Positions 46,644 through 59,347 of a stretch of DNA of 64,000 bases are shown here, piece by piece. The position numbers were made by a program, and so were the translations under genes. The first letter of the stretch is position 1. Each line of letters begins with the position of its first letter. Source of the DNA: Saprolegnia diclina VS20. Lineage: Eukaryota. Under the pieces are notes generated by a model. The model saw only the letters and a program-made list of their open reading frames with translations. It ran no database searches and was not told the origin of the DNA. The stretch is taken from positions 7,972-71,971 of the forward strand of contig NW_008246147.1 in NCBI RefSeq assembly GCF_000281045.1, given 5' to 3'.

Positions 46644-46919
46644 CTAGTTGAGGAGAAATTGGATCGAGAGCGCATTACTTGGCTCTCGAATGACCTCGGC
46701 CGCACACGACTCGGGGCTCGACTGGCGTGCCTTCTTGATCGCGTAGACCTCGCGCCGGCGCGCGCGCTCGTCGTCGCGGTTGTCGTCGTAGCGCGCTTTG
46801 GCCTTGGCAATGACCTTTTCCTTGTGCTTGAGGTAGTAGAGCCGCGAGCGTTGCCGGCTCTGCTCTTGCTGCTCGGGCGTGAGCGGGCTTCGGCGGCGGC
46901 GGGCGACGTCGCTCGGCAT
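46644..46919 (-). CDS. Small basic protein, paralogue 2 (91 aa), ending ALSIQFLLN
   Basis: RQRSRLYYLKHKEKVIAKAKARYDDNRDDERARRREVYA core shared with the neighbours. Confidence 0.8.
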   Translation of the reverse strand: MPSDVARRRRSPLTPEQQEQSRQRSRLYYLKHKEKVIAKAKARYDDNRDDERARRREVYAIKKARQSSPESCAAEVIREPSNALSIQFLLN

Positions 46920-47819
46920 GTAATCGTCAAGTGATGTTGGCTGGTCCGAAACGCAAAAGGAGACGCAGCTGGTGCCAGTTCTTGAAGTCATTTGACAGCC
47001 ATGGTATCAGATCGTTGGAATTCCCTTATATAGTCTGCGGCCACCGCAGCGTACGCATCCAACGGTTCGTATCGAGCAACCCTACGCCGACCGAGTGCGG
47101 TTTCAGCATGCCCATGCTCTCGGCGCGAACTATTTGCGGCCTGGCGCGCCGTTGATGCGCGACATTGGGTCCGCACGCGCCGTCTTGACGGTGGATGGTA
47201 CTAGTATAAGGAAACTCCATTCCGATGCCGGTTGTCGCCTTGTGGCGCCGTCAACGTTGCGTCGCCTTCAACGTGCGTTCAACGGCCTGCCGTGCGCTGC
47301 GATACGAGAAGATGCCAAATAAGAGCTCCAAGATGAGGGTGCGTAGTGTCTTCTACGTGCTTGGCGTCGAGTCCGTCGGTCCTTTTACCTTCTCACGTTG
47401 CGATTAGTATCGGCGCGATTACTCACGAGAGCGCGGGCTTCGTTTTCTGCTGCCAACCGTAGCACGATGCGCGCCAACCCATCATCATCGTCGTCACCGA
47501 CGCACTTCAACATCGCATCGCCAACAGCAAGTATCTGCGCAGCTTTCGACGTTCGTTGGTGTGTTGCGTGCGTCAGCAAGTGCCAGCACCGACGTCCGCA
47601 GAGACGCTGCTGGTAGGGACGTCGGACTCGTCGATGTCGCTTCCAACGTACTAGTACCTTTGCACTGTGGTCGGCCTGGTGTCTTGGATGTACAGTCGAC
47701 TCCCTCGAAGTGCATACCACTGAAACTCGATAAAACTCTACCGGAACTAACATAATCATTCGACTCACTAGCTTCTTCATTCTTCTTACTACTTGAACAG
47801 ACATAGATGGACGACGCAG

Positions 47820-48131
47820 TCAGTTGAGGAGGAACTGGATCGAGGATTTCACGGGCGTCTCGACGACCGTGGCCGATGGCTGTTTCTTTTTGGCGCCTTT
47901 TTTCAGCGCGTAGATCTCGCGTCGGCGCGCGCGCTCTTCGTCGCGGTTGAACTCGTAGCGGGCTTTTGACTTGGCGAGGACCCGGTCCTTGTGCTCCATG
48001 TAGTAGACACGGGACCGCTGTCGGCAGAGCTCTTTCTGTTCGAGCGAGAGCGGCCGGCGGTGGCGGCGGCGGCGGTTCGTTGTCTCGGACGGCGCTTCGG
48101 CCTCGAACGTTGCGATCGTCGCCAGCACCAT
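47820..48131 (-). CDS. Small basic protein, paralogue 3 (103 aa), ending SSIQFLLN
   Basis: RQRSRVYYMEHKDRVLAKSKARYEFNRDEERARRREIYA core shared with the neighbours. Confidence 0.8.
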   Translation of the reverse strand: MVLATIATFEAEAPSETTNRRRRHRRPLSLEQKELCRQRSRVYYMEHKDRVLAKSKARYEFNRDEERARRREIYALKKGAKKKQPSATVVETPVKSSIQFLLN

Positions 48132-48679
48132 CTTGCTTTGCGGCGGCAAATGTGATTGTGGCACCGCCGCCCAACGTCGCGCACCCGTTTGAGAGCCATC
48201 TGCGAGTCACCCAAGTGGGGCTTCAAGGACCAGACGCCAGCAAATTCTCTCGCTGCGGAGAATGCGGCTTGTAGAGGTCGTCTTCTTCGACATTATCGCG
48301 AAAAGACGGACCACCCGCTGTTGGCCAAGCTGCAAGAGGTGTTGCGGGACGATCGCCACGCGGCTCGCTGCAATTCGCTTAGCTAGTATGCGCGCCAGCT
48401 GGTGCCGTGCCACGCCCCTGCACCCGCGACACCATGCAGCGCAAATGTCTAGAGCGTACGGCAACAGATACTGCAACCCACTGGGAATCCGAACCTATGG
48501 TGCTTATCTAAGCGAATATCCAATGGCCACCCGGCGCGCCATCACCTTGTATGGTTCAAGGCGTCACCGCCTGCTTGCGCAATGGTGAACGTGTTATCTC
48601 CGACGAAGCTAGCGTATGCACGCCAAGAGAACTAAGAGCAATGCAGCGCTTCTAGTCATTCCAAATGGATCTCAACCAT

Positions 48680-51600
48680 CTACTTGGCGTGGTTCACAAA
48701 GAGCGGGTACTGGCGCTTGGTGACCTCGTGGTCGACCTGGTTGAGCAGCGTCGGGGTCACTTGCTGCAGCATCGAGTACACAAACGTCGCTTGCTTGAGC
48801 GGGACGTCGATCTTCTGTGTTCGCACCACCAAATCTACTGCACTTGAATTCCAACTCTCCACTTCAAAATGGCTCAATACCTGCACCGGTCCAGGCGTCG
48901 TCGGGCTTGTAGTAGAGCACGATGGGGGTCCCAAAGGCCACGAGGATGAGTTCTACGCCAAGGTCGTCAGTGCAAGTAGAGACGCCGAGGCGCTTACCGT
49001 CGCTGAGCACCTCCCAGACGATGCTGTACGGGTTCAAGAGCGATGCGTTCCAGTGCACCTGAAGGCACATGACGCGGTGCTTGGTCACGAGGATGCACTT
49101 GCGGCTCTCGATGAGCATGACGTGCCCGACGTAGTCGTCCAGCCGCGCGTGCTCAATGTTGAACTTGATGTCTTCGCCCGTCGCGTGCAAGTACGAAAAT
49201 GCGGTCAGGAGGTGCGTGCGCGGGTGGATGTAGCGCGGCGGCCGGCTCCGGCTCACGTGCGCCTGGATATCGTACTGCAGCCCGTCCCTAGTCCCATTTC
49301 TAAGACAATTACATCTCAGACAAGGTGTCTACCGGAGCGTCGTGGTCGTCGACACGAAGGCCTGTGCAAAGCCGCGGCAGGGCTTGAGACCCAGGCCGAG
49401 GAGCCCCGCAATGAGACCGGGAATGAACCCGCGGTAGCCTTGCTGCTGGTACGCGTGGATCGGGCTCACGACGACGCCCGAGACGCTCTGCGCCAACCCT
49501 TGGTACAGCGTCTTGGCCAGCGGGTAGCCCGAGTACGTGTCGATGTGCTGGCACGCTTCCGTGAGCCCGAGCGTGCAACTGGAGGCAATGCGCGTGTTGA
49601 AGTCGAGCAAGGCGTACACGAGCGCGCGCAGAAGCAGCGTCGTGCCGCGAAGCAGGCCCCAGCCCGCGCCCTGAAGGCCAAAGGTCTCGTAGCCTCGAAG
49701 CGGCTCAGCAACGAACGACGCGAGGCCGCCCTTGAGGTTGTGCCAGACTTTGACGGGATTGCCGAGCACGTCGACGGACCCAAGGAGGACGTACGCTTGG
49801 CGCAGCGCTTCGTGCTGGTAGTGGAGACTCATCTGGTGCAGCATCGTCTCTCGGGGCACAAACATGTGCTGCCAGCGGAGCGCGCGCCACACCAGCGGCG
49901 CGTTGTGGACCTTGGTGAGCGTCTTGCTCGCCGCCTGGATGATCTGCCGGACGCTCGCAATCGACGGCGCAAACGACGAAGTCGTCGGACTCGACGCAAA
50001 GCTCAAAGTGACGTGGATCGGCGAGATCTCAAACTTTTCAAAGTAGAGCTTCTTCTGGCCGAGCCCGTGGCGCTTGTCGACACCGGCGGCCAAGAGACCG
50101 CGCGTGGCGTCGGCCAGCTCGCGTCGGTGCCGCAAAAGCGCGTCATCGTCCGAGAGGCGCGTCGCCAAGCGATGGCTTTCGCCCGAGTCCTCGGTCGTCA
50201 TGAGCATGTGGAGAAGAGCGTTGACGAGCGCGCCGTCGATGCGCCACCGCATCGGCGACACGTGGACGCCGACGTACCGGAGAAACTCGATGCTCGTGTA
50301 CGTCGTCTCGCGAACGAGCGTCACATCGAGCGACGGCGCGTCATCGTCGACGCACTGCAATAGCACGGGGTACCGCGTCGACCGCATTTGGTTGTCCATC
50401 TGCATGGCGCCGACGGTCGCCTGCACGGCCAGCTGCTCGTGCTTGGCCGACGCCAGCGCGGTCACTGCGACGCGCTCCAAGTTGATGTAGAGCAGCTCCA
50501 TCGGGGACGCGTCGACAAAGCTCACACCAACCGCTTGCAGGTGGACGTGGACGTCGAGTCGCGCCGCCGGCACGTACTGCCGCAGCCCCGGCGGCGGCGC
50601 CTCGGGCAAGAGGCGAGGCACGCCGGTCGGCAGCGGGTCCGTGAGCCGCAGCACGCGCGTGGGGCCGTCAGCGAGCACTTGGACCGCGAGCACCTTGGTG
50701 GGAAACGCCGACTGGACCTCTTCCATCGAGAAGATGCCGATGCGGATCGGCCGCGAGTTGTCGTCGGCCTGCGACGGCAGCAAGTCGACGATGAGCAGGT
50801 GCGGCTTGAGCGGCTCGTCCCACGTGTACTCGATCGTCTGGTGCGGCAGCAAGATCTCGGAGATGCGGACGCGCGACTGGTGCACGCGGATGGTTTCGAG
50901 CGAAAAGTTCTCAATGCGATACGGCGGCGCGTTGGTCGACGACCGGAAGACGACGCGGTACTGCGGCCCCTCGAGCTTGATCGAGACGCGCAAGAGGTAC
51001 GTGAGCCGCGTCTGCGTGTTGCGCAACCGCAGCGTCTGGTCACCCGTCGCCTCGAGGTGCACGGCGCCGCTCCAGACGCACCCTGGGGTCCCAAACCGAA
51101 TGCGCAGTGTCGACGCATGGTGCCACGGCAGCTCGGCTTGCGGCTCGAGCGCGACGTTGGCGCCCGTCACTTCGTCGACGAGGAGCTCGATTGCTCGGTC
51201 GTCGAGCGCGTTGACCAGGAGACACCGGGGCACAAGTGTGAGCACTTGGGTGCGCTCGTAGAGGCCGCTGCCGTGGTTGAGGACGTACCCGATCGAGTAG
51301 TGCTTCTCGTCCCCGTCCGGAATCGTGCACACCGTATCTAGTCGAATCTTAGTAGCCAATCGACTAGAGCGTCGTACCAGCGGTGCTCGAGAGGTGCGCG
51401 TTTAGCACCGACGACCACGGGTCCTTCTTGCGCACGCGGCACTGCAGCTTGAGCGTCTGCTGGCTTTGGTTGGTGTGGCACGCGTGCAGGAGCGTCTGCA
51501 GTCGCTTGGGCGGCAGCGCCGTCTTTGGAATCAGATCCAAGAGCCCCTTGTTGGGCGCGATCGACGGCAGAATTTGGTGGTGGGCCTTGCGGTGGTGCAG

Positions 51601-54600
51601 CGGCTGCGTCTCGGGCGGCGGCGGCGCCACGATCACGACGCTCTCGGCCGTCTGCATCGTCTCGGCCTTGTGCGCTTTGGGCTGTCCGGCCATGAACGCC
51701 GCTCGGTGCTCGGCCCCGAGCGAGACCGTGTCGTGCTGGAACTCGAGATCCAAACCTGTCTGGTTGAGCACCCAGTACGGCGTGTAGACGGTCACTTGCA
51801 GCTGCTGCTGGCGGTCGCTAATGTCGAGGTTGACGTACAGCAAGCTGCGGTGGTTGAGGTCGGCCATCGACACGACCGTCGTGCCGCCAAGGAACGCCGG
51901 CGCGCTCCAGCCAAAACCCGGGATCCGCACCTGCAGCGCGAGGTCCTGGCGGCTCGAGCCGTGCCAGAGCAGCTTGTCGCCGACCGGAATCTGGCGGCTT
52001 GGGAAGGTCGTTGCCATCACGGACGACGCGCCCGTCGTGAGCTTGACCTCCATATCGACAGCCAGTGCGTTGTGCAGCATAAGCGGCGGGCAGAAGCTCA
52101 AGACGCGCCCGAACGGCGACGGGCGCGAAACGACGTACACCACAAAGTCGGGGGCGCACAGCAGAGGTCCTTCCTTCACGAGCGTCCACGGGTGCTGTCC
52201 CGGCGGCTGCACAAACATCTGCGTCGTGCGGCCACCGACGAGCGGGAGCGGCACCGCCATCGACTCGTGCGGCGACAATAGAGTCGTGTACGGCGAGCTC
52301 AAGAGCAACCCGTTGGTCGGAAACACGAGCTGGACGCTCAACGCGGCGCCCGTCGTGTTCGTGAGCACATAGCCGCTCTGGAGTGTGACCCACTTGACGC
52401 CTTGCTGCAGCGAGATCTCGACGTTGCACTCGAGCGCCGGCGACGACGGGTACAGCGGGTGGAAGCGGTAGGCGCGCACGCTGCACTCGCCCAGCGGAAT
52501 CGCGACTGCCACGTAGCCGTCGAGACCGACCGGCACCGTCGCCAGCTGCGCGACGGTGCCGCCATTCGCCGACCGCAGTGGTACGTCGGCGCCCGCCGGG
52601 ACAATCTGTGTGCCAAACACCCTACCCCAGAAATGAGCTTCGTCTTAAGTCGAATGGAGTACCGTAGTGGCAGTCCCGTCTGGTTGCGCAGGTAGCACGA
52701 CGACATGTCCAATGCCGACGGCTGCGCCATTTGGCTCCAGAAGGACACGGCGTCCAGCAGCGCCGACGTGACATTGAGCTTGAAATCCTGCGTGCTCTCG
52801 ATGTGCAGCGACAGCGGCGCCTGCGGCAGCTGCGCCACTGCGATCGACAAGCCAAACCGTTCCAAGAGCGGCTCGCGCGCCAAGAGCCGGCGGTTGTAGT
52901 ACCACATCTCCAGCTCGACCGACATTTGCACTTGCGTGTCGTCTGGCGTCCGCAACAGCGTGAACGGCCCCGGGACCAAGTGGTTCGAGAGCAGCGGCGC
53001 CGTCTCGGTCAAGTGAAACTCCATGCTCGACAGCTCGAGACGCGCCTGCGCCCATACGCCATGGCCAACGGTCGGAGCCGTCGTCGGCGCGTCGTCCATC
53101 GGCGGCTCGGTTGGCGCCGGTTTCAGCTGCCCGAGCTGCGTGGCGAGCGACGACGCCATCTGGAGCGAGTCTTGGAACGCGTCGAGGTCCTTGACGTGGA
53201 GGCGGAAGACGACCGGCGTCAACTGCAACGTGGCAGTCGGAATCGCGTCTGGTGCGTTCGAGCGGGCGTCGACGAGCGGCGCGTCACACAAGCCAAAGGT
53301 CGCGTCCAACGGCTCGACGAGCGTGCTCTGCGCGACAAGCCACGTGAGGCGCGCGAGGCGGCACTGCAGCTGCTCGTCGTTGCGGGACGCCTGCAGCTGA
53401 CTCTGCACCGCGAGTTGCCCCAAGCGCACTTGAACGAGCTCGATCGCGACCTGAACGTTCCACGTCGGCGGCGGCAGCACCACCACCGGCGTCGGCAGCG
53501 CCGTCGTTGTTGCGGTCGCGTCAAAGAGCATCGACGACGCAAAGCTATCGGCGCGACTCCGGCCGCCGCGCTCGGTCCACTGGTACTCGGACGTCATGTC
53601 CGAAGACGAGACGAGGTCCAGCAGACTCGATTCGAGCGGCATCGCTTGGGCGTGGTAGTGGCGCCCGAGCGTCGCTTGCACGTTGGCGACGACGTCCAGG
53701 CACACGTCGCCGACGCGCACGAGCAGCGCCGGGTCCACTGTGATGAACCACGCTTTGGACTGCACCTTGACGTCTTTCGTGGCCGACGAGCCCGTGAACT
53801 CGAGCCGCAAACTCGGGTGGATCGTCGCCTCTTGGAGTGTCACATCTTGGAGCGACACGTACAGCCGCGTGGAATTCGGCGCCGTGTTGAGCTGCGCGTC
53901 GACGCGCCCCAGCAGCAAGGTGGCAACCCACTCGACTTCGAGCGCGACCCGCGGGTACAGGTCGTAGATCACATGGTCGTCGCTCGCGCCGCTGTAGAGC
54001 GAGACGCCGATGACGTCGCACGCCACGTCCAGTGCGATCGTCGGTGTCGGCGCCGGCGACGGGTTCGTCGGCGAGAGGTAGCGCAAGATGGGAAAACACA
54101 CCTGATAGTACCACTCGGCGACGAGCGCGGCGTGCATCTCCGAGAGCTGCGCGTGCAGCGACGAGACGCGCACCGAGAGGTTGAGCTGCGACGAGGCGGC
54201 GACGTCGATGTGCACGTTGAGCGGCCGCAGCAGCGCGAAATCGTCGTGGAGGACGCGCAGGTGCATGTCTTTGGCCACGTACGCCAGCGTCGTCACCTTG
54301 CCTTCGCGCGCCACCTCGAGATCAATGTCGCCAAGGTCCAAGACGAGGCCGTGGGCCAAGTGCAGCATCGGCGGTGACGCCTCGTCGTCACTCGCTTCGA
54401 CCATGGGCAACACAATGTACGGCCGCGCCATCGTCAGGTGCAGTTTCCACTGCGCGCTTGCTGGTTCGTCCTTTGGCGCCATGTCGCGGTACGTGAGCGC
54501 GGGCGAGAAGAAGACGTCGCGCTGCCGCCGCTTCGTGACCGGTGCCGGCGCCGGCGAACTCGTCGAGAAGATGTCCATGAGCGGCCCGTCGCCGACGTAG

Positions 54601-57600
54601 TGCAGCGCCTTGAGCACGAAGCGCGTCGAGACGACCGCCCGGAGCTTGGCCACGTTGAGGGCGAGCGATCCTTGCTGGAGCTGCCAATGAAACAGCGGCG
54701 CGTCGCTCTCGTCGGCCAGCGGGACCTTTCCGAGTACTTCTTGGTAGACGTACCGCTTGTCCTTCTTCTTGACGTGCTTGAGGTCGTGCGAGAGCAAGTC
54801 GAGGACCTTGAGGTTGCCCATGCGCCCGTCGAGGCGCGGGGCGCCGTCACTGGGCACGACGTACTCGACCGTCACGTCCAAGACGGCGACCGAGAGGAGG
54901 TGTTCGAGCGGATCGCTAAAGCACACCGACACCGAGTGCAGCTGCAACGTCAACCGCATCGGACTCGGTGGCGACGACGGCGCGTCGACGGCCAAGTGCA
55001 CGCGCGCCCGTTCGAGGTCCTGCCGCACCGACTCGGTCAGCGGCTCGTACGTGCCGAGGAGACTCAACGGCGGCGGGTACAACATCGTGTCGGCCGCGTC
55101 GTCGGCGACCGAAGGCGACTGGAGAAGCGGCAGGATGTGCAGCACGATCGACGCGAGCCGCGACTGGTCGAAATGCACGTGGAAGTGGCCAAAGACGACG
55201 TCGACGTGCATCGGCGCGTTCTCTTCGATGGCCACCGAGACGTCGAGGAGGTCCCGCAGCGGGTGCTGGTCCTGAAGCGCCAAATGCGCCGCGCTGCGCT
55301 TGCGAAGAAAGTGCTTGGGCTTGGCGGCCCGGGGCGCCGACGCCGTGAACGGCACGTTGAGCGGCGTCGCACATGAGAACGCGAGGAACTGCGTCGGGAG
55401 GTTCTCCGTGTGGTCTTCGACGCTCACGCTCGCGAGCTTGAGCCGCAGGGCCGTGGAGAGCGTCCGCTTGGCCAATCGGAGCTTGATGCCTTCGAGGACG
55501 AACGTCAGCCGTCCCTGCCCGGCGCTGTCGTGGCCAAACTCGTCGTCGTCAACGTCGTCGTCGCCCTTGACAAAGTTGATGTGCACCAACGGCACGGTAA
55601 ACGTGCAGACGCAAATGCGACGGTCGAGGAGCAGCGACGGCTTGGCGGGGCGCGGCGTCGGCCGGTGCGATGACACCGGGGGTGCCACCGCTTCCTTCTC
55701 GCTCCCGTACTCGACGCTGAACCACGTGTCGTCACTCTGGACGCTCTCAGTCTCGTCCCGGAGAGCGCTTGCCTCGTGGAGACGCGCTGCGAGGACCGAC
55801 GGCGGCGGCGCTGGGACGTCGGTCGTCATCGCCGGCCCCGCGTTGGACCGTTGGAAGCGGTGGAGGACCTTGGTCAAGAGCGTGTACGACGGAATCGAGA
55901 GGTGGATCGAGAGCGCGGGCAAGTCTGCGTGCACATAAAGGCGATACAAGGTCGCATCCAGCGGCAGCACCGACTTGCGCAGCGTCACGTTGATATGAAA
56001 CGGATCGACGATGCTGTACGGGGTCGTTGTCGACGCCAAGAGCATCTCGGGCGAGTACGCGACCGTCGGCGGCAGCACCATCAAGTGCAGATTGCTCATC
56101 GTGAGCGCAAACTTGTCGTAAAACTCTTCCTTCCAGCGAGTCGCGCCTTCCCCCGACTCGGCCTCGTCGAGCAGCTGCTTGGCGAACGCGTTGCTCGCGA
56201 TTAGCGACGGCGACGCCTTGGGTCCATCTTCGAGCGTACTCAGGCGCTCGGTGCGGAAGTGCACGTGGCCGAGATCGAGCACGAGGCGCGCGCACTGGGG
56301 ATCGGCGTCGGACGCCGGCACGACAATCACGGGCGCCTGCACGCGGACGTCGAGCATCATGGGCACGCGGTGGGCCATCGCGTACGCGAGCTTGGCGTCG
56401 GTGCGCGCTTTGAAGTTCACAAGTTCGTTGAGCGCGTGCACTTCAAGTTCGGCCCAGAGCCCGAGCGCCTCGGGCGCTTGCAAAAACGTTGCCCAGTGCG
56501 CCCAGCAGAGCGCGGTCGGCGAGTAAATGATCTCGAGCGGCTCGAGCACGAGCTTGAGCGTCTGGAGTTCGTCTTGGGCGTGGTAGCCCATGCGAAACAC
56601 CGGCGTCTTGACCGTGATCTCGACGTTGAGCGACGACATGGGCAGCCGTCGCTTGAGCAACTGAGAGAGCTCGGGCGACGCCTCGTCGTAGAGCTCGACC
56701 GACTGCAGCGAGATGTCGACGTTCGTGCCGTTGTGCGCGACCACGTCCATCTGCAGCTGCGCGAAGAAGATGCCGAAGAACGGCGTTGGCGCATACACGC
56801 TGCCGTACGACGCGCTCTGCCGGCACGCTCTTGTCTCAGGGTCGTTCAGCAGCGTGACAGCCCCGTGGCCGAGCTCGATCGAGAACACGGTGAACTCGGT
56901 CGACACCTTGTCCTTCTCGGCCGCGTCCGGGTCGTAGCCCAGGATCCGGTACAGTTCGAGCTGCTCGGCGCGGTCTGCGCTCGGTTTGGGCGCGTCCGAC
57001 CAGCCGAGCTGCCGGTACAAACTTCCAAGGCTGTAGCTGGACGCTGTCGTGGGTGCTAATGGCGGCGCCTCGATCTTCTTGAGCTCCTGGTCGGCCATGA
57101 ACCGAAACAGCAAGATGTCTTCGACCGACCGTCGGGCTTCGATCGCATGGAGCGCAGCATTGAGCTCGCGCCGGTCGTCGGTGATCTTGAGCTCCTCCTC
57201 GGCCGGCTCCAGCGACTGGAGCTGGCGCCAATGGGCCATGTACGCGATGCGGTCAGCGCGTCGGTCGGCGACGTAGAGCCAGCTCCAGCGCTCGCGCTTG
57301 GCGCGGACGTCGCTTCGGACGCACGCGATCGCATATTGCCACCAGCCGCGCGGGTTGTGCTTGGCCGTCGGGCGCAACGCGAGGTGCGCTTGGTACTTGC
57401 GCGCTTGCTGCGGCACCTTGAGCGCCGAGAGGAGGAAGAGCAGGTCGCAGTACTGCGACTCTTCGAGCTGCAACGCCACGTGGTCGATCAGCACGTGGAT
57501 GTCCATGCTCGGCGTCGTCGGGTCGGTCACATCGCGCTTCACCTTGAGGTGCGCGGAGGCGTCGACAGGCTTCAAGATGAAATGATGCGCGGAAGACGAG

Positions 57601-58313
57601 ACGCTGTCGTCCATGCGCTTGGGAATGGACGCACCAAAGGCCGCGGTGAAGGTCTCGAGCGAGCACGTGGTCGCGTCGTCGACAAGCGGGCCGTCCGGGT
57701 TGAGGTACGCGCTGAGGTGGTTGAGCTCGACGCTCTTGTAGATGAAAGGCTCACTCGATGCGACGTACGTTGGCTGCCACTGCGCGTCCGTCGACTGCAC
57801 GTGCAGCGACTCCATCGTGAGGCCGACCGCGAACGGGTGGTCGCCGCTGGTAGTGTCTTCGAGCCGGACGTGGATGCGCCGGACATGGAACTCGAGGTTG
57901 TCGAGGATCTTGTTGCGCAAGCGGGCCGCAAAGCCATCGGACGAGACTGCGGTTTCGAGCTTGGCGCGGTAGAGCTCGTCGATGAGCGCCTGTTTGACGT
58001 GCGCTTCAACGTCCGGTGACGGCGGTGCGAGATCGGAGCGCTCGACGTGGCGCAGCAAGATGTAGACGTCGTCGATGGTCACAAGCACCGAGTCCGAGAC
58101 AAGGCGGTTCCACGGAATCTTGATCGTGACGCTGCCGAGGACGCCGCGAACGACGGCCACGTCGGCGTACGTTTTGGGCTGCAGCTCGAGGTCCTGCAAC
58201 ACGACGTAGCCGCTCCAGACACCAACGTTGACTTTGTCATGGCGAAAGCTTCGTGGCTCCACGTAGTTGCCCAGCAGCTGCGTGAGGAGGCCCGTGACCT
58301 GCCGCTCGAACAT
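48680..58313 (-). CDS. VPS13: VPS13-family lipid transfer protein, multi-exon
   Basis: Chorein-N (MFERQVTGLLTQLLGNYV..IPWNRL), TPYWVLNQTG, PPYRIENFS, QMDNQM, LYFEKFEISP and LGSVDVLGNP. Confidence 0.93.
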
Positions 58314-59347
58314 GCTGCCAGTCGCCTGGACGACGCGATTATTCGCGGCACGCCGCCAAAATTCGGCACACCAAAATTAGTGTGAGTTTTCTGGCCGGTT
58401 GTGTCGCAGAGCTTGCACGCGCCTATGACGGCAGTCTCCGATCTCCGACCATGTCTCCAACATGGACTTTGGCGCTGCTGCGTGGCTCGTCGCCCGCCCG
58501 TACGTCTCCTTCCATTCTCCGTTGAGGGCACGGACGACCCGAGCCGACGACGTCATTGTTAAATTCGGCATTTTAATTTCGGCATTCACGAGATCAAGGT
58601 TGATGCTGCTGCGCTGGCACCACCAGAGCTCGGCGCGCGATTCGGGTCGGCATGGCCGGCGGACAGCGACGTCCGCAGTCCATCAAGGTCGCTGCTGTGA
58701 GCCAGCGACGGTGTCCCGAGGGCGAGGGGGCGTTCGAAGCGTCTGGAGCGTCGCCAGCAGGCAGGCGAGCAACCAGCTGCTGGTACTCCTACCATCTCCT
58801 GGCCTCGCCTACGTAGTATCCTCTGCGCTCGCTCCTCCATATCGGCGACTGCGCCGTCGTTGGTCACGTCGGCGACGTCCGGTGAGCTTGCCCTCGGCGC
58901 GTGGCTTTCTGTCTCTCGTATCATCTCTCGCAGGGAGTCGTGCCACGTATATGCATTTAAATAGCCTTGCCCATGTATGTCGTCGCTTTAAAATACACTT
59001 TGGCGCGACGCTGCGCTAAAAACACCCAACTATAGGCTCATCCTTCTTTGTGACGATAAAGACTTGAGAGCATCCCTTGCAATATTGGCTAGATGCACCT
59101 CGCACTCTTTGACGTTAGAGTATATGGGCGTTGATGGAGCGCGATCGGGGTCGTTGCGTCGCCCACAGCGCAGGTAATATGGAATAAGTGGCGTGCAAAT
59201 AGTCGGAATGCGACGCCCTACATATATCAATTTTGAAAGGTATTCGTAACCTTGTGGTTTGTATGCCATACTGGAGGCGGAATGAAATCTTTTCGGATCG
59301 GGTCATTTTGAGCGTCAGTCAGCGGCGCCCGCGGTCGGACCGGAAGC

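Noticed and set aside
48684..50363. 559-aa plus-strand ORF, and similar long ORFs at 41411-42886, 38392-39594 and 52731-54377
   Set aside because: These are antisense shadows of GC3-rich genes (VPS13, FBT, M13) and carry no recognisable motifs.
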